Assembly (NCBI GenBank): GCA_038207335.1
Contig: JBBQZX010000009.1
Location: forward strand, 103,174-167,173
Source: Chthoniobacterales bacterium
Lineage (GTDB): Bacteria > Verrucomicrobiota > Verrucomicrobiia > Chthoniobacterales > Chthoniobacteraceae
Length of the DNA: 64,000 bases
Direction: 5' to 3'
Shown: positions 1-12,600 of the stretch, piece by piece
Position numbering within the stretch: the first letter of the stretch is position 1
Layout: each line of letters opens with the position of its first letter
Position numbers and translations under genes: made by a program
Notes under the pieces: model-generated
What the model was told of the DNA's origin: nothing
Databases searched by the model: none
The model's input: only the letters and a program-made list of their open reading frames with translations

Positions 1-3000
1 GAGATCGTCGTCGCGGAAAACCGTGCCTGTCAGCGACGCGCCGACTTCGTCAAAGGTGTAGCCCGTCGCGTCGATGCCGCCGTTCAGTGCGATGCCGGTC
101 GTCACGTCATTTCCCGCGATGCCGCCCGCCGTGCCGGCCATGTCGAGCCCGTCGTTGTAGGCCGCGGGCTGATCTTCGGTGATCATGTAGGTGCCATTGA
201 AAAGTCCGCCAAACGAGTAGCTCCCATCGCTCGCCGTCATCGTGTTCAGCGCGACCGCGATGCCGCTCGCCGAGGTGCCCGTGAGATGCACCGCGACGCT
301 GCCGATGCCGCGCTCGCTCGTGCCGCGGACGCCGTCGTTATTCCCATCGACGAAGACCGATCCCGCGACGCTGTTCAGCGTCTCGCCGAAATTGTTCCCG
401 TCATTCACCATCCCGCTCGCGACTGTGATTCCAGCGATCGTATTCGGCGTGTCGGAGCCGTAGTCGATCGGCTGATTTTCCACCACCGAGTATCCGCTGC
501 CGGCGGGGACGTTGTTGAAAATGTAACTCCCGTCCGGGTTCGTCGTCGTCAACCCGATCAAGTTTCCATTCACGTCGAGCAGCGTGAACTGCACACCGCC
601 GACTCCTGCCTCGCCACCGGTGAGCGTCATGTCGCGATTCGTATCGACGAAGACCGTGCCGGTGATCGCGCCGGTGCCCGGATTACTCACCAGCGTTTCA
701 CCGAAATTGTAGCCCGTCTCGTTCGTCCCTGCGCCGAGTCCGATGCCCGAGATCACGTCGTTCACGAGTGTGCTGCCGCCCGCCGTGCCCGCCGTCTCAG
801 CTCCGTCGGTGTAGGCCGCTGGCTGCGTCTCGCTGAGCGAGTAGGTGCCCGCGAGCAGGCCGGTGAACTGATACGTCCCATCGCCCGCAGTCGTTGTGCT
901 GAGGCTGATCGCCACGCCATTCGCATCCGTGCCGGTGAGTGTGATCATCACGCCGCCGATGCCCGCGTCCGGCGCGGTGAGCGTGTTGGAATTATCCACG
1001 TCCCGATAAACTGTCCCCGCCAGTGAGCTCGTCGTCTCGCCGAAATTCTGCCCCATCAAACCGCTCGTCGGCACGTTCACCGTCAGCACATTCGCGGTGC
1101 TCGAGCCGTAGCCGTTCGGTTGCGTCTCGGTGATCGTGAACTGACCAGCGTCGATGTTGTTGAACACGTAGCTGCCGTCTGGGTTCGTCGTCGTCATCCC
1201 GACGACGTTGCCGTTCACATCGCGCAGCGTGAGTGAGACGCCGCCGATTCCCGGCTCGCCGTTGTCGAGCGTCGCGGAGTTATCGCGATCGATGAATACC
1301 GTGCCGGAAAGCGACGGGAGCAGTTCGCCGAAGTTGTAGCCCGTCGCGTCGATGCCGCCGTTCAGTGCGATGTTCGAAAGCACGTCGTTGCCCGCCGTGC
1401 CGCCGCTCGTGCCGACGCTGTCGATCCCGTCCGCGCGCGTCGCAGGCTGCGTCTCGGTGATCGTGTAATTCCCCGCGAGCAGCCCGCCGAACGAATACGT
1501 GCCATCGCTCGCCGTCATTGTGCTGAGGCTGATTGGCGCGCCGGTCACGTCCGTGCCGCTGAGCATCACCGCGGCCCCGCCGATGCCCGTGTCACCGCCT
1601 TCGATGAGCCCGTTGTTATTGAAGTCGGTGAAAACCGTGCCCGCGAGGCTGCCCAGCGTTTCGCCGAAGTTCTGATTCGCAGTCGTCTGGTTCGCGGCGA
1701 CCGCCACGCCGGTGATGAGATTCGGCGTGTCCGAGCCGTAGCCGAGCGGCTGCGTCTCGCGCAGTTGATAAGTCCCCGGCGGGAGATCCTGGAACGAATA
1801 CGAGCCGTCCGGCGCGGTGTTCGTCGTCGCGAGGAAATTGCCGTTCGCATCGAGCAGGTCGATTCTCACGCCGCCGAGACCGGGCTCATTCGGGTCGATG
1901 GTCGTGTTCTTGTTTCTGTCCACGAAGACCACCCCGGTGATCACACCGAGCGTCGGAGTCGCCCCGGAGACCTCACCGAAATTGTATCCGGTCGCGTCGT
2001 TGCCGACTGGCAGACCGATCGCGCTGACGATGTCGTTTCCGAGCGTGCCGCCCGCAGTGCCCACGGCATCCAGCCCATCCGCGAAACCGCCCGGCTGCGT
2101 CTCGCGCACCGTGTAATTTCCCGCGAGCAAATCGCCGAAGACGTAGCTCCCATCGGACCCCGTGGTCGCCGTGCGATTCACGTTCGCGCCTGCCGCGTCC
2201 GTGCCGGTCAGCGTGAGCAGCACGCCGCTGATGCCCGGCTCCGCGCCATTCTGCGCGCCGCTGGTGTCCTGGTCGAAGAACACGGTACCCGCGAGACTGC
2301 CGAGCGTTTCGCCGAAATTCTGATTCATCAATCCGCCGACCGGCACCGTGATTTGCAGCACATTCGGGCTGCTCGATCCGTAGCCCGCGGGCTGCGTCTC
2401 GACGATGCGGTAGTCGCCCGCCGGGATGTTGGGGAATGTGTAGTTTCCAAATTCATCCGTCATCGTCGTGCCGATCATCGTCGTGCCCGTGCTGTCGAAA
2501 ATCTGCACCGTGACGCCGCCAATCCCTGTGTCAGCGGGCGTTTGCAGTGTGCCGTCTCTATTCACATCGAGGAAAACGGTGCCGGAAACGCCGGACGCGA
2601 TTTCACCGAACGTGTAGCCCGTGCCGTCGAAGCCCTGCGTGAGCGCGATGTTCGAGAGCACGTCGTTCCCTGCCGTGCCGCCGAGCGTGACGACCGCGTC
2701 GATGCCGTCGCTGAAGTTCGCAGGCTGCGTCTCGGTGAGCGTGTAGGTGCCGGGCCGCGGATTTGCGAAGGCGTAGCTGCCGTTGCCGCCGGTCATCGTC
2801 GTGAGCAGAACGGCTTGTCCCGCGAAGTCCGTGCCGGTGAGCGTGATCAGCACGCCACCGATTCCGGGCTCGCCGATATTCTGCGCGCCGGAGTTGTTGT
2901 CATCTCGGAAGACCACGCCCGCGAGCGAGCCGGGGAGGACTTCGCCGAAGTTGTAGCCGTCGCCCGCGACGTTCGATTGCGGCGGGATGACGACGGACGA

Positions 3001-6000
3001 GATCGTGTTGCTGCCGAGCGCGTCGGACACCGTGCCGCCGAATGGCATGCCCGCCGTCTCGAGCGCGTCGATGAGCCCCGCGGGCTGCGTCTCGGTGATG
3101 AGGTAGGTGCCCGGCGGCAGGCTGGCGAAAGTGTAGCGGCCGAGCGCGTCGGTCATCTGCGTGAAGTTCACGACCAGCCCGCTGTCGGTCGTGCCGGTGA
3201 GCTGTACGGTGACGCCGGAGAGCCTCGGGTCGCCCGCCGTGAGCGTGCCGCTCGCATCCGCGTCGCGATAAATCGTGCCGCTGGTCGAGTTGATATTCAC
3301 CACGATCCGGACGCTGTCCTGCGCCGGATCGATGTCGTCTGCGGGTGCCTCGACGACGCCCGGCTGCGCGCCGTAGTCGCGATCCGGCGTGCCGTCGAGT
3401 GTCCCAGTGAGGACGCCGTTCGGCTCGTCGTTTGCCGAGCTGTCCCAGTATAGGCGGGCGTTGTTGCCGTGCGTCGTGCCGGTGTTCGCGAAAGCATTCA
3501 CGACGACGGTTTGATACGTGACGGTCACGGTGCCGCCGACCGCGAGCTGGTCGAGGTCGAGCGAAAGCGCGGAGGTCGTCGAGGCATTCGCGGTCAGCGC
3601 CGCGCCGTTCACCTGGATGCTCGTCGGGTCGAGCACGAGCCCGGCTGGGATGGTGTCGCGCACTAGCAGGTCGAACGCGGTCGCCGTGCTGCCCGGCTGA
3701 TGCGTGAGCGTGAGCGTGAAGGTGAGCACCTGGCCGATGTCCGGCGTCGCGTCATCGACCGATTTCACGAGCTGCAATTTCGGCTCCACGATCGTCACGA
3801 CAGGATCGACCGGCGTGCCCGTCGTGTCAGGCACGATGATCAGCGTCGGCGTCCCGTCGCTCAGCGGACCGTCGGGATCAGTGAAGGTCAGGTTGGCCGA
3901 ATTCGTGAGATTCGCGCCGCTCACATTCGTCGCCAAATCCGCGGCGCGCGCGGTGAGCAGGATCGAGAAGCTGTCATTCGTCGCGTCGTTGTCAGCCGCG
4001 TTCGTGAGCGTGCCGAGGGTGAAGACGAGAGTGGTGCCGGTGGCCTCGGATCCTGTGCTGGCGGGGCTTCCGAGGACAAATGGCGTGACGCCCGAGCCTG
4101 TGAAGTCGGCGGTGGCCGAGAGGAATTCCAGACCCGCCGGGAGGAAATCGGTGACGATCGTGCTGCGCGTTGTCCCCTCCGGCAGCGTGATGAGGATGCG
4201 ATACATCACCGACTCGCCGATGGACAAATTCGTGCCCGTGGTCGCCGGATCGCTCGTGCTGAGGAACTGCTTGTCGATCGTCGGCTTCGCGATGTTGCGC
4301 GCGGCGGAGGTCGCGCCGATCGCGTAATTATTGAGCACCGCGTCGTTCAGCGGCGCTGAGTTGTCGGTAGGCGCGGGCACGTCGGTGCCGTTGCGCTCGC
4401 CGGTCGCGGAGCCGCTGCTGCCGGGCGAAGTGACGACGCTGCCCGCGCTCGTGAGCGTGGTGAGCGTCGCGCCGGAGCCGGGCAGGCTCGAGTAGCTGGC
4501 GGTTGCGGAATTCAGAATCTGCGCGCCCGCCGGGGCGTCGGCGACGACGCGGGTCGTGAGCGTGAGCGTGATGGAATAGCCCGCGTCGAGGCGGGAGAAA
4601 ACGAGGTCGAGCGCGCCGAGCGTGGAGGAGTTCGTGAGCGCGGAATATCCCGGCGCGGAGACTGCGATGCCGCTGCCGATCGTCGTGTCGATGAGCTGCA
4701 GCTCGATCGTCGGATTCGCTGCCGTGATCGCGTCGAGGATGTCGCGAAAGCGCACGTCGAACGCCGAGGTCGCGTTCGCTCCGCCCGCGTTGTTGGTCAC
4801 GACGATTTGATACGTGAGCGTATCACCCGCATCGACCGGGTTCGCCGCGGTCACGGTCGTTTTCGTGATCGCGAGATTCGCCTCCGCGACGACCACCTGC
4901 GGCTGCGCCGCCAGGGTTTCGCCGACTTCGTTCGCGCTCGTCTTGCCGTTGGCATCGAGATCGTAGAGCGTCTCGAAGCCGTTCGTGAGCGTGCGTCCCG
5001 ACTGGTTTGCCGTCTCGTTGACGACCCTCGTGTTGAACTCGATGACGACGAATTCGCCGTCCGCGTCGTTGGCCGCGTTCGTGACATTTCCGAGGTGAAA
5101 GTAGATGTCGCTGCCGCTCACGAAGGTCTGCGAGGCACTCGCGAGGTCGCTCGAAATCAGCGCGCCGCCGAGCTGGAAAGTCGGCGTGACATTTCCACTC
5201 GAACCCGCCGCAAAGGCCGCCGGATCGACGATCGCGGAGGAAGAGATGCCGCCGTTTGCTCGAGACGAAGACCAGCGTCGCGCTGCCGTCGTTGATGAAT
5301 TGCAGCCCGTCCGGCAGCATGTCGTGCAGCAGGAGATCGCCAAACGTGCTTTCGCCGAGTTGAAGCGTCACGCGGTAGCGCACGAGCTCGCCGACCGCGA
5401 CGCGCTCGACCCCGCCGACGAGGCCGGTGAAGGTCTCCGAGGTCGCGACGATCGCCTTCGTGAGGCCGGGCGCGAAGGTCTCGCCAAAGTTGTAATTGAT
5501 TCCCGTGTTATTGCCCGGCGCGACGTTCACGATGACGATGCCGCTGAGCACGTCGTTGCCCGCCGTGCCCGCGCTGTTCGGCGCGGAGAAGCCCGTCCCC
5601 ACAGCATCCGCGCCGTCCGTGAAGCCGCCCGGCTGCGTCTCGGCGAGCGTGTAGCCCGCCGCGTTGCTCGGGCGCAGGCCGCCGAAAGTGTATGCGCCGG
5701 TCGGGTCGGTGAAGGTCGTGCGGCTCACGGGATTCCCGAGGTCGTCCGTGCCGGTGAGCGTGATTTGCACGGCGTTGATTCCGGCCTCGTTCGCACCTTT
5801 TACCGCGTTGCCATCGATGTCGTTGAAGACGAATCCTGAGAGGCTCGCGGGCAGTAATTCGCCGAAAATGTAGCCGGTCGCCGCGGTGTCTTGCGGCAGC
5901 ATTATCGAGTAGATGACGTCGTTGCCCGCGGTGCCCATCGCAGTGCCAGCGGTGTCGCGTCCATCGAGGTATGTCGCGGGCACGGTGCCTTCGGTGATCG

Positions 6001-8272
6001 TGTAATTTCCGGGGCGCAGCCCCGCGGTGGCGTTGTCGAAAATGTAGTTGCCGTTGCCGTCGGTCATCGCCGTTGCGGTGACAGACTGCCCGTAAACATC
6101 GGTGCCCGTGAGCGTGACGGTGATGCCGGAAATGCCCGGCTCGCCCGCCTCGCGCGTGCCGCTGTTGCTGTCGTCGCGATAAACCGATCCCGCGAGCGAG
6201 GCCGTGAGGACCTCGCCGAAATTGTATCCGATGCCCGTCTGCGAGACCTGCGCGGGGATCGTAATCGTGCCGATGAGATTCGACCCGGCGGCGCCGGAAA
6301 CGGTCCCGCCGAAATTTGTCCCCACGGTCTCAAGCGCGTCGGTGTAGTCAGCCGGCTGCGTTTCGCTGAGCGTGTAATTTCCCGACGGCAGATTGCCGAA
6401 GCTGTAGCTGCCATCGTCCGCCGTCATCGTGCTGAGGCTGATCGGCAGCCCGCTGAGGCTCGTGCCGCTGAGGAAAATCGGGACGCCGGTCAGCGGCACA
6501 TCGCCCATGGAAAGCACGCCATTCACATCCACGTCCTGATAGACGAAGCCGCTGATCGTGCTCGCATTCACGGTCACGCGGACAGTGTCCTGTGCCGGAT
6601 CGCTATCCACATTTGCCCCCTCGATTACGCCGGGCTGTGCGCCGTAATCGCGATCCGGCGTGCCATCGGGAGTGCCCGTCAGCACGGAGTTCGCATCGTC
6701 CACCGCGAGGCTGTCCCAATAGAGACGAGCGTTCTTGTCAAAGGTCGCGCCGGGAGTCGCGAGCGTGTTCGCGACGGTCGCCTGATACGTGATCGTGGCA
6801 GTGCCGCCGACGGCGAGTTGGTCGAGCGTGAGGTCGAGCTGATTGCCCGCGCTCGCATTCGAGGTGATGCCGGCACCCGTCACGGTGATGGACGAGGGAT
6901 CGAGAGTGAGCCCGGCGGGGACGAGGTCGCGGAGGATGAGGTCGTAGGCGGTCGAGTTGCTGCCCGCCGCGTGCGTGATCGTGAGGGTGTAGGTCAGCGT
7001 CTGTCCGAGGTCCGGTGTGTCGTCGCTCACGCCTTTCACGATCTGCAAAAGCGGCTCGACGACGGTGACGGTCTCGGTGTCCTGCCGCGTGATCGGGCCG
7101 GTGCCGGGGTCGTAGCTGGCGTTCGCGACATTCGTCTTGATGGACTGCGCGGCGGTGCCGAATGCGTTGTTCGCCGCAGTGTCGAGCACGTCCGCCTGAT
7201 AGGGACGGTGATCGTATTCGCCACGCCATCGACCGCGCTCATGACGTTCGCGATGCTCAGCGAGATCGAGTTCGCGGCGTTGGTGAAATTTGCGCCATTG
7301 ATCGTAACTCCCGCGCCCGGTGTGAGGACGACGGAGCCGGCGACGAGCTGCAGCCCGGCAGGGATGGCGTCGGTTAGCGCGAGATTCTGGATCGTGCCGT
7401 CGGCGACATTCAGCGTGAGCGTGTAGCTGAGCCGCTCGCCGATTTGCGCGAAGCTGTCGCCGACGATCGCCTTATCCAGCGCGAAGGTGGCCGCGCCGCT
7501 GTCCACGGTGCGCGTGGTGGTGTCTCGGAGTTCGTAGTCGTTGAGCCCGCCGGCATTGAGCAGGCTGTCGCCATTCGCGCGCTCGTTTGCGCTCGCGCCG
7601 GGGAGGCTCTACCAGACGACATCGGCGAGATTCGTGAGCTGCGAGCCGAGCACCGTGGCGCTCGTGACCGTCGCGGTGTAGGTGACGGTGACGCTGTCGC
7701 CGACGGGAATGTCGTAGGTGCCGCGCAGCCCCGTGCCGCCGCCGGTGACCGCCGCCCCGCTCTGCGCGGTCGCGCCGCCCGTGAGCGTGGTGCCGGTGAT
7801 CGCGGTGATTTGCAGGCCAGTCGGCGCGGTATCCGTGAGCAGGGAATCGAACGCCGTGCTGCCGCTGCCGGCCGCGTGGGCGGAGGCCGGTCGGGAGATT
7901 CTCAAGCAGCTGAAAATCGGCGAGCGAACCCTGCGGGACGGTGACGACGAGGCGAAAGCGCGCGACTTCGCCGATCACGAGATTTGCGCCGTTTGTGGCG
8001 CTCACGGTGGTGCTGACGAGGCTCTTCGTGAGCTGCGCAGTGAAGCGTTCGCCGAGGTTGTTCGCAGTGCCGTTCGTGTTCGGCACGACGACGATATTGC
8101 TGAAAACATCATTGCCCGTCGTGCCGCCCTGCGTGCCGATCGTGTCGATGCCGGGGAGCAGGTTGTTGAAGGCGTAGGTGCCGTTGCCGAGTGTATTCTG
8201 CGTGAGCGTGACCGTCGCGCCGGTGAAGTCCGTGCCAGTCAGCGTGATGAGCGCGCCGGCGACTGGAAGCGG
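1..8272 (-). pseudogene. Giant repetitive adhesin (SdrD B-like repeats plus DUF11/fimbrial isopeptide D2-type domains); 5' part broken, 3' end outside window
   Basis: Minus-strand repeats G(T/S)V(F/Y)xDxxxxG...GEPGIxGVxxTLTGTD...YTxTETQPxGY...GNDVxSxI...YNFGE and IGExxxYxxTxT domains. The frame appears continuous from 5256 to the window edge (spot-checked at 5256, 1563 and 3). Upstream lesions: extra A at 5255-5257, missing base at ~7203, in-frame TAG at 7609-7611, frameshifting junction at ~7885, short in-frame deletion at ~8150, and no start/signal peptide (TAG at 8273-8275). Confidence 0.8.
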
Positions 8273-8541
8273 CTACGGCGGGCATGCCGTTCGCATCACG
8301 TTTGAGAGTGCAACGCGGTCGCTACGCGGAGCACGCGACGGCCGTCCAGGCTAACGCTGTCGATCTGGACAGAAAAAACGGGTTGCCCGGAGGCGGCGGA
8401 CCAAGTGCCTCCCCCCACCAATTCGCCACTTGAAAAAGACGCGTGGGCGCTTAAAAAATAGCAGAAATGAGAAATTGACGGTTTGGCATTCGGGCTGCTG
8501 GTGCGGGCGGAAGTATTTTCGGTTCAACCCCTTGCCCACCC

Positions 8542-9627
8542 ATGCACATCCTTGCCCAACCGCTTGTCCACGCCCTCACCGCCACCCTTTTCACCAGCGC
8601 CTGCTTGGCCGGGGTAGGCTCGAATCCCGCGATGGAAAGAGCTCCGGTCCGGGCCACCTGGCTGAACCAGCCGATCGGGGTGACGCTCGAGGCTCGCACG
8701 GTCGAGCACGACGCCGCTTTCGGGATGCACATCGTGCGGCCGATCTTCCAAGGGCGGGTGTCTGCGGTGCTGCTCGAGGCGTATGGCTTCGAGGGTGAAG
8801 GGGAGCTCGGGCTGGTCGGCGGCGGCGCGATTTACCGCACGGACATCGGTCGCCGGAGTGGCTTCGAGGCGAGCGCGTTTTTTGAGGGATTGCGGAGCAC
8901 GGACGGGTTTTCGTATCCGCAGTTTGGCGCGGGTCTGGTCTTCAGCATGGATCGCTGGCTCCGGCTAAGCGCGAATGGCTATCTGCCGCTGCGGGGCAAG
9001 GATCGGGTGCGCGACGGCTCGGATCGTTTTACCGAGACGGAGGGGAGTGGAGCCGGGCTGCGCGACGTGTCCTACTCGCGCGATCGGTTCTCGGAGCGGG
9101 CGCCGATGCGCGGCTTCGATGTGGAGGCGGAATTTCGCCTGTCGCATCCGCCGCGTTGGGTGGATCCGCGGCTGGCGATCGGCTACGCGTATCGCGAGGC
9201 GGAGGATCGGCCGGAGGTTTACGCCGGGCCGCTGGTGCGCGGGGAGCTGCATTTTGGGAAACACTGGGTCGCTGAGAGCGAATGGCGGCACGACATGCAC
9301 GGCGCGGATCAGGAATGGCGCGTCGGCATCCGGTTCGAGACGCTCTTCGGCGGGCCGAAGCCGCGCGTAGAACGCCCGGCGGTGGCGTCCAACGGGAAAA
9401 ATGCGGTGCCGCTCGAGGACGCGGCGGAGCCGGCGGACGACCGGGCCAGCGAACGTTATCTGCCGGTGCAGCGCTTTCCGTGGCCGACGCTGGCGCGCGG
9501 CGTGACCCGGGGAAAACCGCGGCGCGGCGACACGCGTCTGCTCGCGCCGGCACCTGCGTCCGCGCCCGCCCCGGCAGACCCCGGTGACTGCTGCCCGAGC
9601 GGCAACGCGCCTCTCATTTTCGACTGA
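8542..9627 (+). CDS. Inverse-autotransporter (intimin/invasin-like) beta-barrel domain protein without Ig passenger
   Basis: Motifs GxGxIYR, FF(E/D)xxxS...YPQFGAG, LSANGYLPL, PMRGFDVEAE and amphipathic strands; ends in a short Pro/Ala tail with DCCP. Confidence 0.6.
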   Translation: MHILAQPLVHALTATLFTSACLAGVGSNPAMERAPVRATWLNQPIGVTLEARTVEHDAAFGMHIVRPIFQGRVSAVLLEAYGFEGEGELGLVGGGAIYRTDIGRRSGFEASAFFEGLRSTDGFSYPQFGAGLVFSMDRWLRLSANGYLPLRGKDRVRDGSDRFTETEGSGAGLRDVSYSRDRFSERAPMRGFDVEAEFRLSHPPRWVDPRLAIGYAYREAEDRPEVYAGPLVRGELHFGKHWVAESEWRHDMHGADQEWRVGIRFETLFGGPKPRVERPAVASNGKNAVPLEDAAEPADDRASERYLPVQRFPWPTLARGVTRGKPRRGDTRLLAPAPASAPAPADPGDCCPSGNAPLIFD

Positions 9628-9672
9628 GCCGCTCCCGGCCAGATCGGACCAACCTTCTTCACCTCTCCATTT

Positions 9673-12600
9673 ATGCTCGTTTCTTTCACCTCCATCCTTT
9701 CTCGCAAATGGCTGCTGCTAGCAGCCGGCGCGCTCCTCACGACCGCCTCGGCGCACGCGGGATCCGCGGCTCCCGCGCGGAGTGAAACTGATTTCGCGCA
9801 ACCGGAGAAACTCACCGAAAAGCAGCGCGCTGCGATCCATTCGGTCGTGCGCGATTCGACGGAGCAGATTTGGTTTCAGGAGAACGTCGGGCAGTTTCCG
9901 AAAGAGGCGCGTTACGGGTTCAAGACGACGTTTGGCTCGATGCTCATCTTTGAGAATCACCTTCGCATCGTCGCGAATCAGCGGGACGCAGCGACCGGCG
10001 TGGTCGGCGTGCAGGCGGTCGATCTTGCCTTTCCCGGCGGCACGGGAGCGTGGGAGATCGTGACGGGCGGCGCGTCCGCGGTGACCGGTTCATATCAGCA
10101 AAAGGACGGCACGACGCTGACGCCGCGCATTTTCAACGAGCTCACCATCCGCAACATTTACGACGGCGTGGACCTCCGCGTTTACTCCGCGGACAAGGGC
10201 GTGCTCGAATTCGACTGGATCGTGGCGAAGGCGCAGGACTACGCGCAAATCCGCCTCGCGGCGACGGGGCAGGACGGGATGATTTTCAACGCCGACGGCT
10301 CGGCGACGCTCGGCCTGCGTTTTCAAGATCTCACGCTGAACATGCCGGCGACGTATCAGGTGATCGACGGCGAAAAGCACGCGCTCCACGGCGCGATGGT
10401 CGCCGCGGAAACGCCCGGCACGATGCGCTACGCGATCTCCGGCGACCTCGTCGCGGACCAGCCGCTGATTATCGATCCGAACGTCGTCTGGTCCACCTAC
10501 ATCGACCTGAACGATCTCGCGACGGACACCACCGACTCGACGCCCAGCGCGCCGTTCGATTCCTACATTTTCGCGGTCAACGCCAACGCCAACGGCACCT
10601 ACGCGTCGGGCTGGATCGGCGAGATCATCACGAATGGCTCATACGCCAATTACATGGAGGTGAACGCCGGCTTCGTGCAGGGCACGGTGGTCAACCAGAC
10701 GTATCTTTACCGTCTTTCGAACGACGGCTTGAACATCACTGCCTGGACGAGCACGGGGGTGACGTCGCCCACTGGCGGCGTGACGAATCAAAAGCTTGGC
10801 GCGGTGCCGGCAGACTTGGAGTTGTTCCCGGACGGGCGCGTGATCCTCGGCTTTGGCAACGGGCTCGTGCAGATTTATTCGGCAAATCTCGGAGCGCGGG
10901 GCTACTCGGGTACTCCGGTGACGATGGACACGCTGAACTCGGTCGCGGTCGTGAATAACAACTCGTTTTACGTCGGTGGACGGGTCGCGGCGGCGATCCC
11001 GATCGCCCAAATCCCGGTGGCGAACGTCGGCCCGGACGCGACTTTCGCCGGCACGCTGGAGGGCGTGATCATCCGCTACTCGAACGCGGCGACGACCCCG
11101 ACGCCGGATTGGGCAACCTACGTCGGCGGCGACGCGCAGGAATATTTCACCGCGGTGTCGATGACGCCCGATCTCTCGAAAGTGGTCTTTGCCACGAGCA
11201 CCACGGGCGGCGCGAATTTTCCCGCGTTGGTGAACGCGGTCGATTCCACGATCTCCGGCACGGAGCTGCTCGTCGGAGTGCTGGCGGAGTCGGCGACGAA
11301 GCCGGCGGCGTTCAGTGTCTTCTCTTTTCTCGGCGGCACCGGCGACGAAGGGACGGTCGCCACGAACACGATGGCGGCATTGGTCACGGCCACAAACACC
11401 GATTTTTTCGTCGGAGGCACCACGGCTTCCACCGATCTGCCCGGCACGGTCGGCGGGGCGCAGCCGGCGAATGGCGGCGGCGTGTTTGATGCGTTCGCCT
11501 CGCGCATCCCGCTGAATGGCAGCGCGGGAGTCGGCTTCCAAAGCACCTACATGGGCGGCGCGGGCCAAGATCGCATCGGCGGCATCGCCTATGACGTCCG
11601 AGCGGACCGGCTGCTGATTTTCGGCACGACGACGGGGACCTTTCCGACGGTCGATACTGTTCCGCCGAGTAACTATTACGCCAGCGCGTTCGGCGGCGGC
11701 ACTTACGACATCTTCGTGGCAACGGTGAACGGCGCGCTGACGCTGAAGGATTACGCCACCTACATCGGCGGCAGCGTGAACGATTACCTCGGCCAAACGG
11801 GCAATCTCGTCGGGCAGGGTCACGTGGTTTACAGTCAGGCGACCGGGCTCACTTATCTCGCGACGACGGTGCATTCGGCGGATCTCCCAGCGAGCGCGAT
11901 CGGCACGCCGCCCGGCAAGGACCGCGTGAAATCCAACGGCGTGAATGACACGCATTTCGTCATCGCCTTCAACATCAACTCCTTCGACTACGGCGACGCA
12001 CCGGCGACGTATGAGGGCGGCTCGCCCGCGCGGGAAGCGCTCACGGCCACCCTGCGCATCGGCGCGACGATCGATGCTGAAGCCACGGCGGCGAGTGGCG
12101 TCGGCGCGACCGGCGACGACCTGCTCACCTCCGACGACGAGGACGGCATTGCGGCGCTCCCGACGCTGCTGACCACGCAGACGAGCCATTCGGTGGCTGT
12201 CTCGGTCTTCAACAACACGGGCGTCGCGCGGACTTTGCGCGGCTGGATCGACTTCAATTTGAACGGCACCTTCGAGGCTGGCGAATCCGCTAGTGTGAGC
12301 GTGCCGGCGAGTGCGGTGCAGCAGACAGTGACGCTGACGTGGGCGACCCTGCCTGGAATCACCGCGGGACAGAGCTATCTGCGGGTGCGGCTTTCCGACA
12401 CCGCGCTGGTCGATAACGCCGGGACGGCGAACATCGACGAGCGCTCCATCGGCACGGGCGGTTCGGGTGAGTTGGAAGATTACGCGCTCACGATCGCACC
12501 GCTGACGCTGGCGGTAAGCAACGTCTCAACGACCGAAGGCGTCGATCCGTTCGCGATTTTCAATGTGACGCTTTCGCAGCCATCGCCCTCGGCGGTCACG

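Noticed and set aside
7609..7611. In-frame TAG read as stop-codon recoding
   Set aside because: TAG ends well-defined genes here (18534, 46284, 47439), and neighbouring frameshifts point to decay or sequence error.
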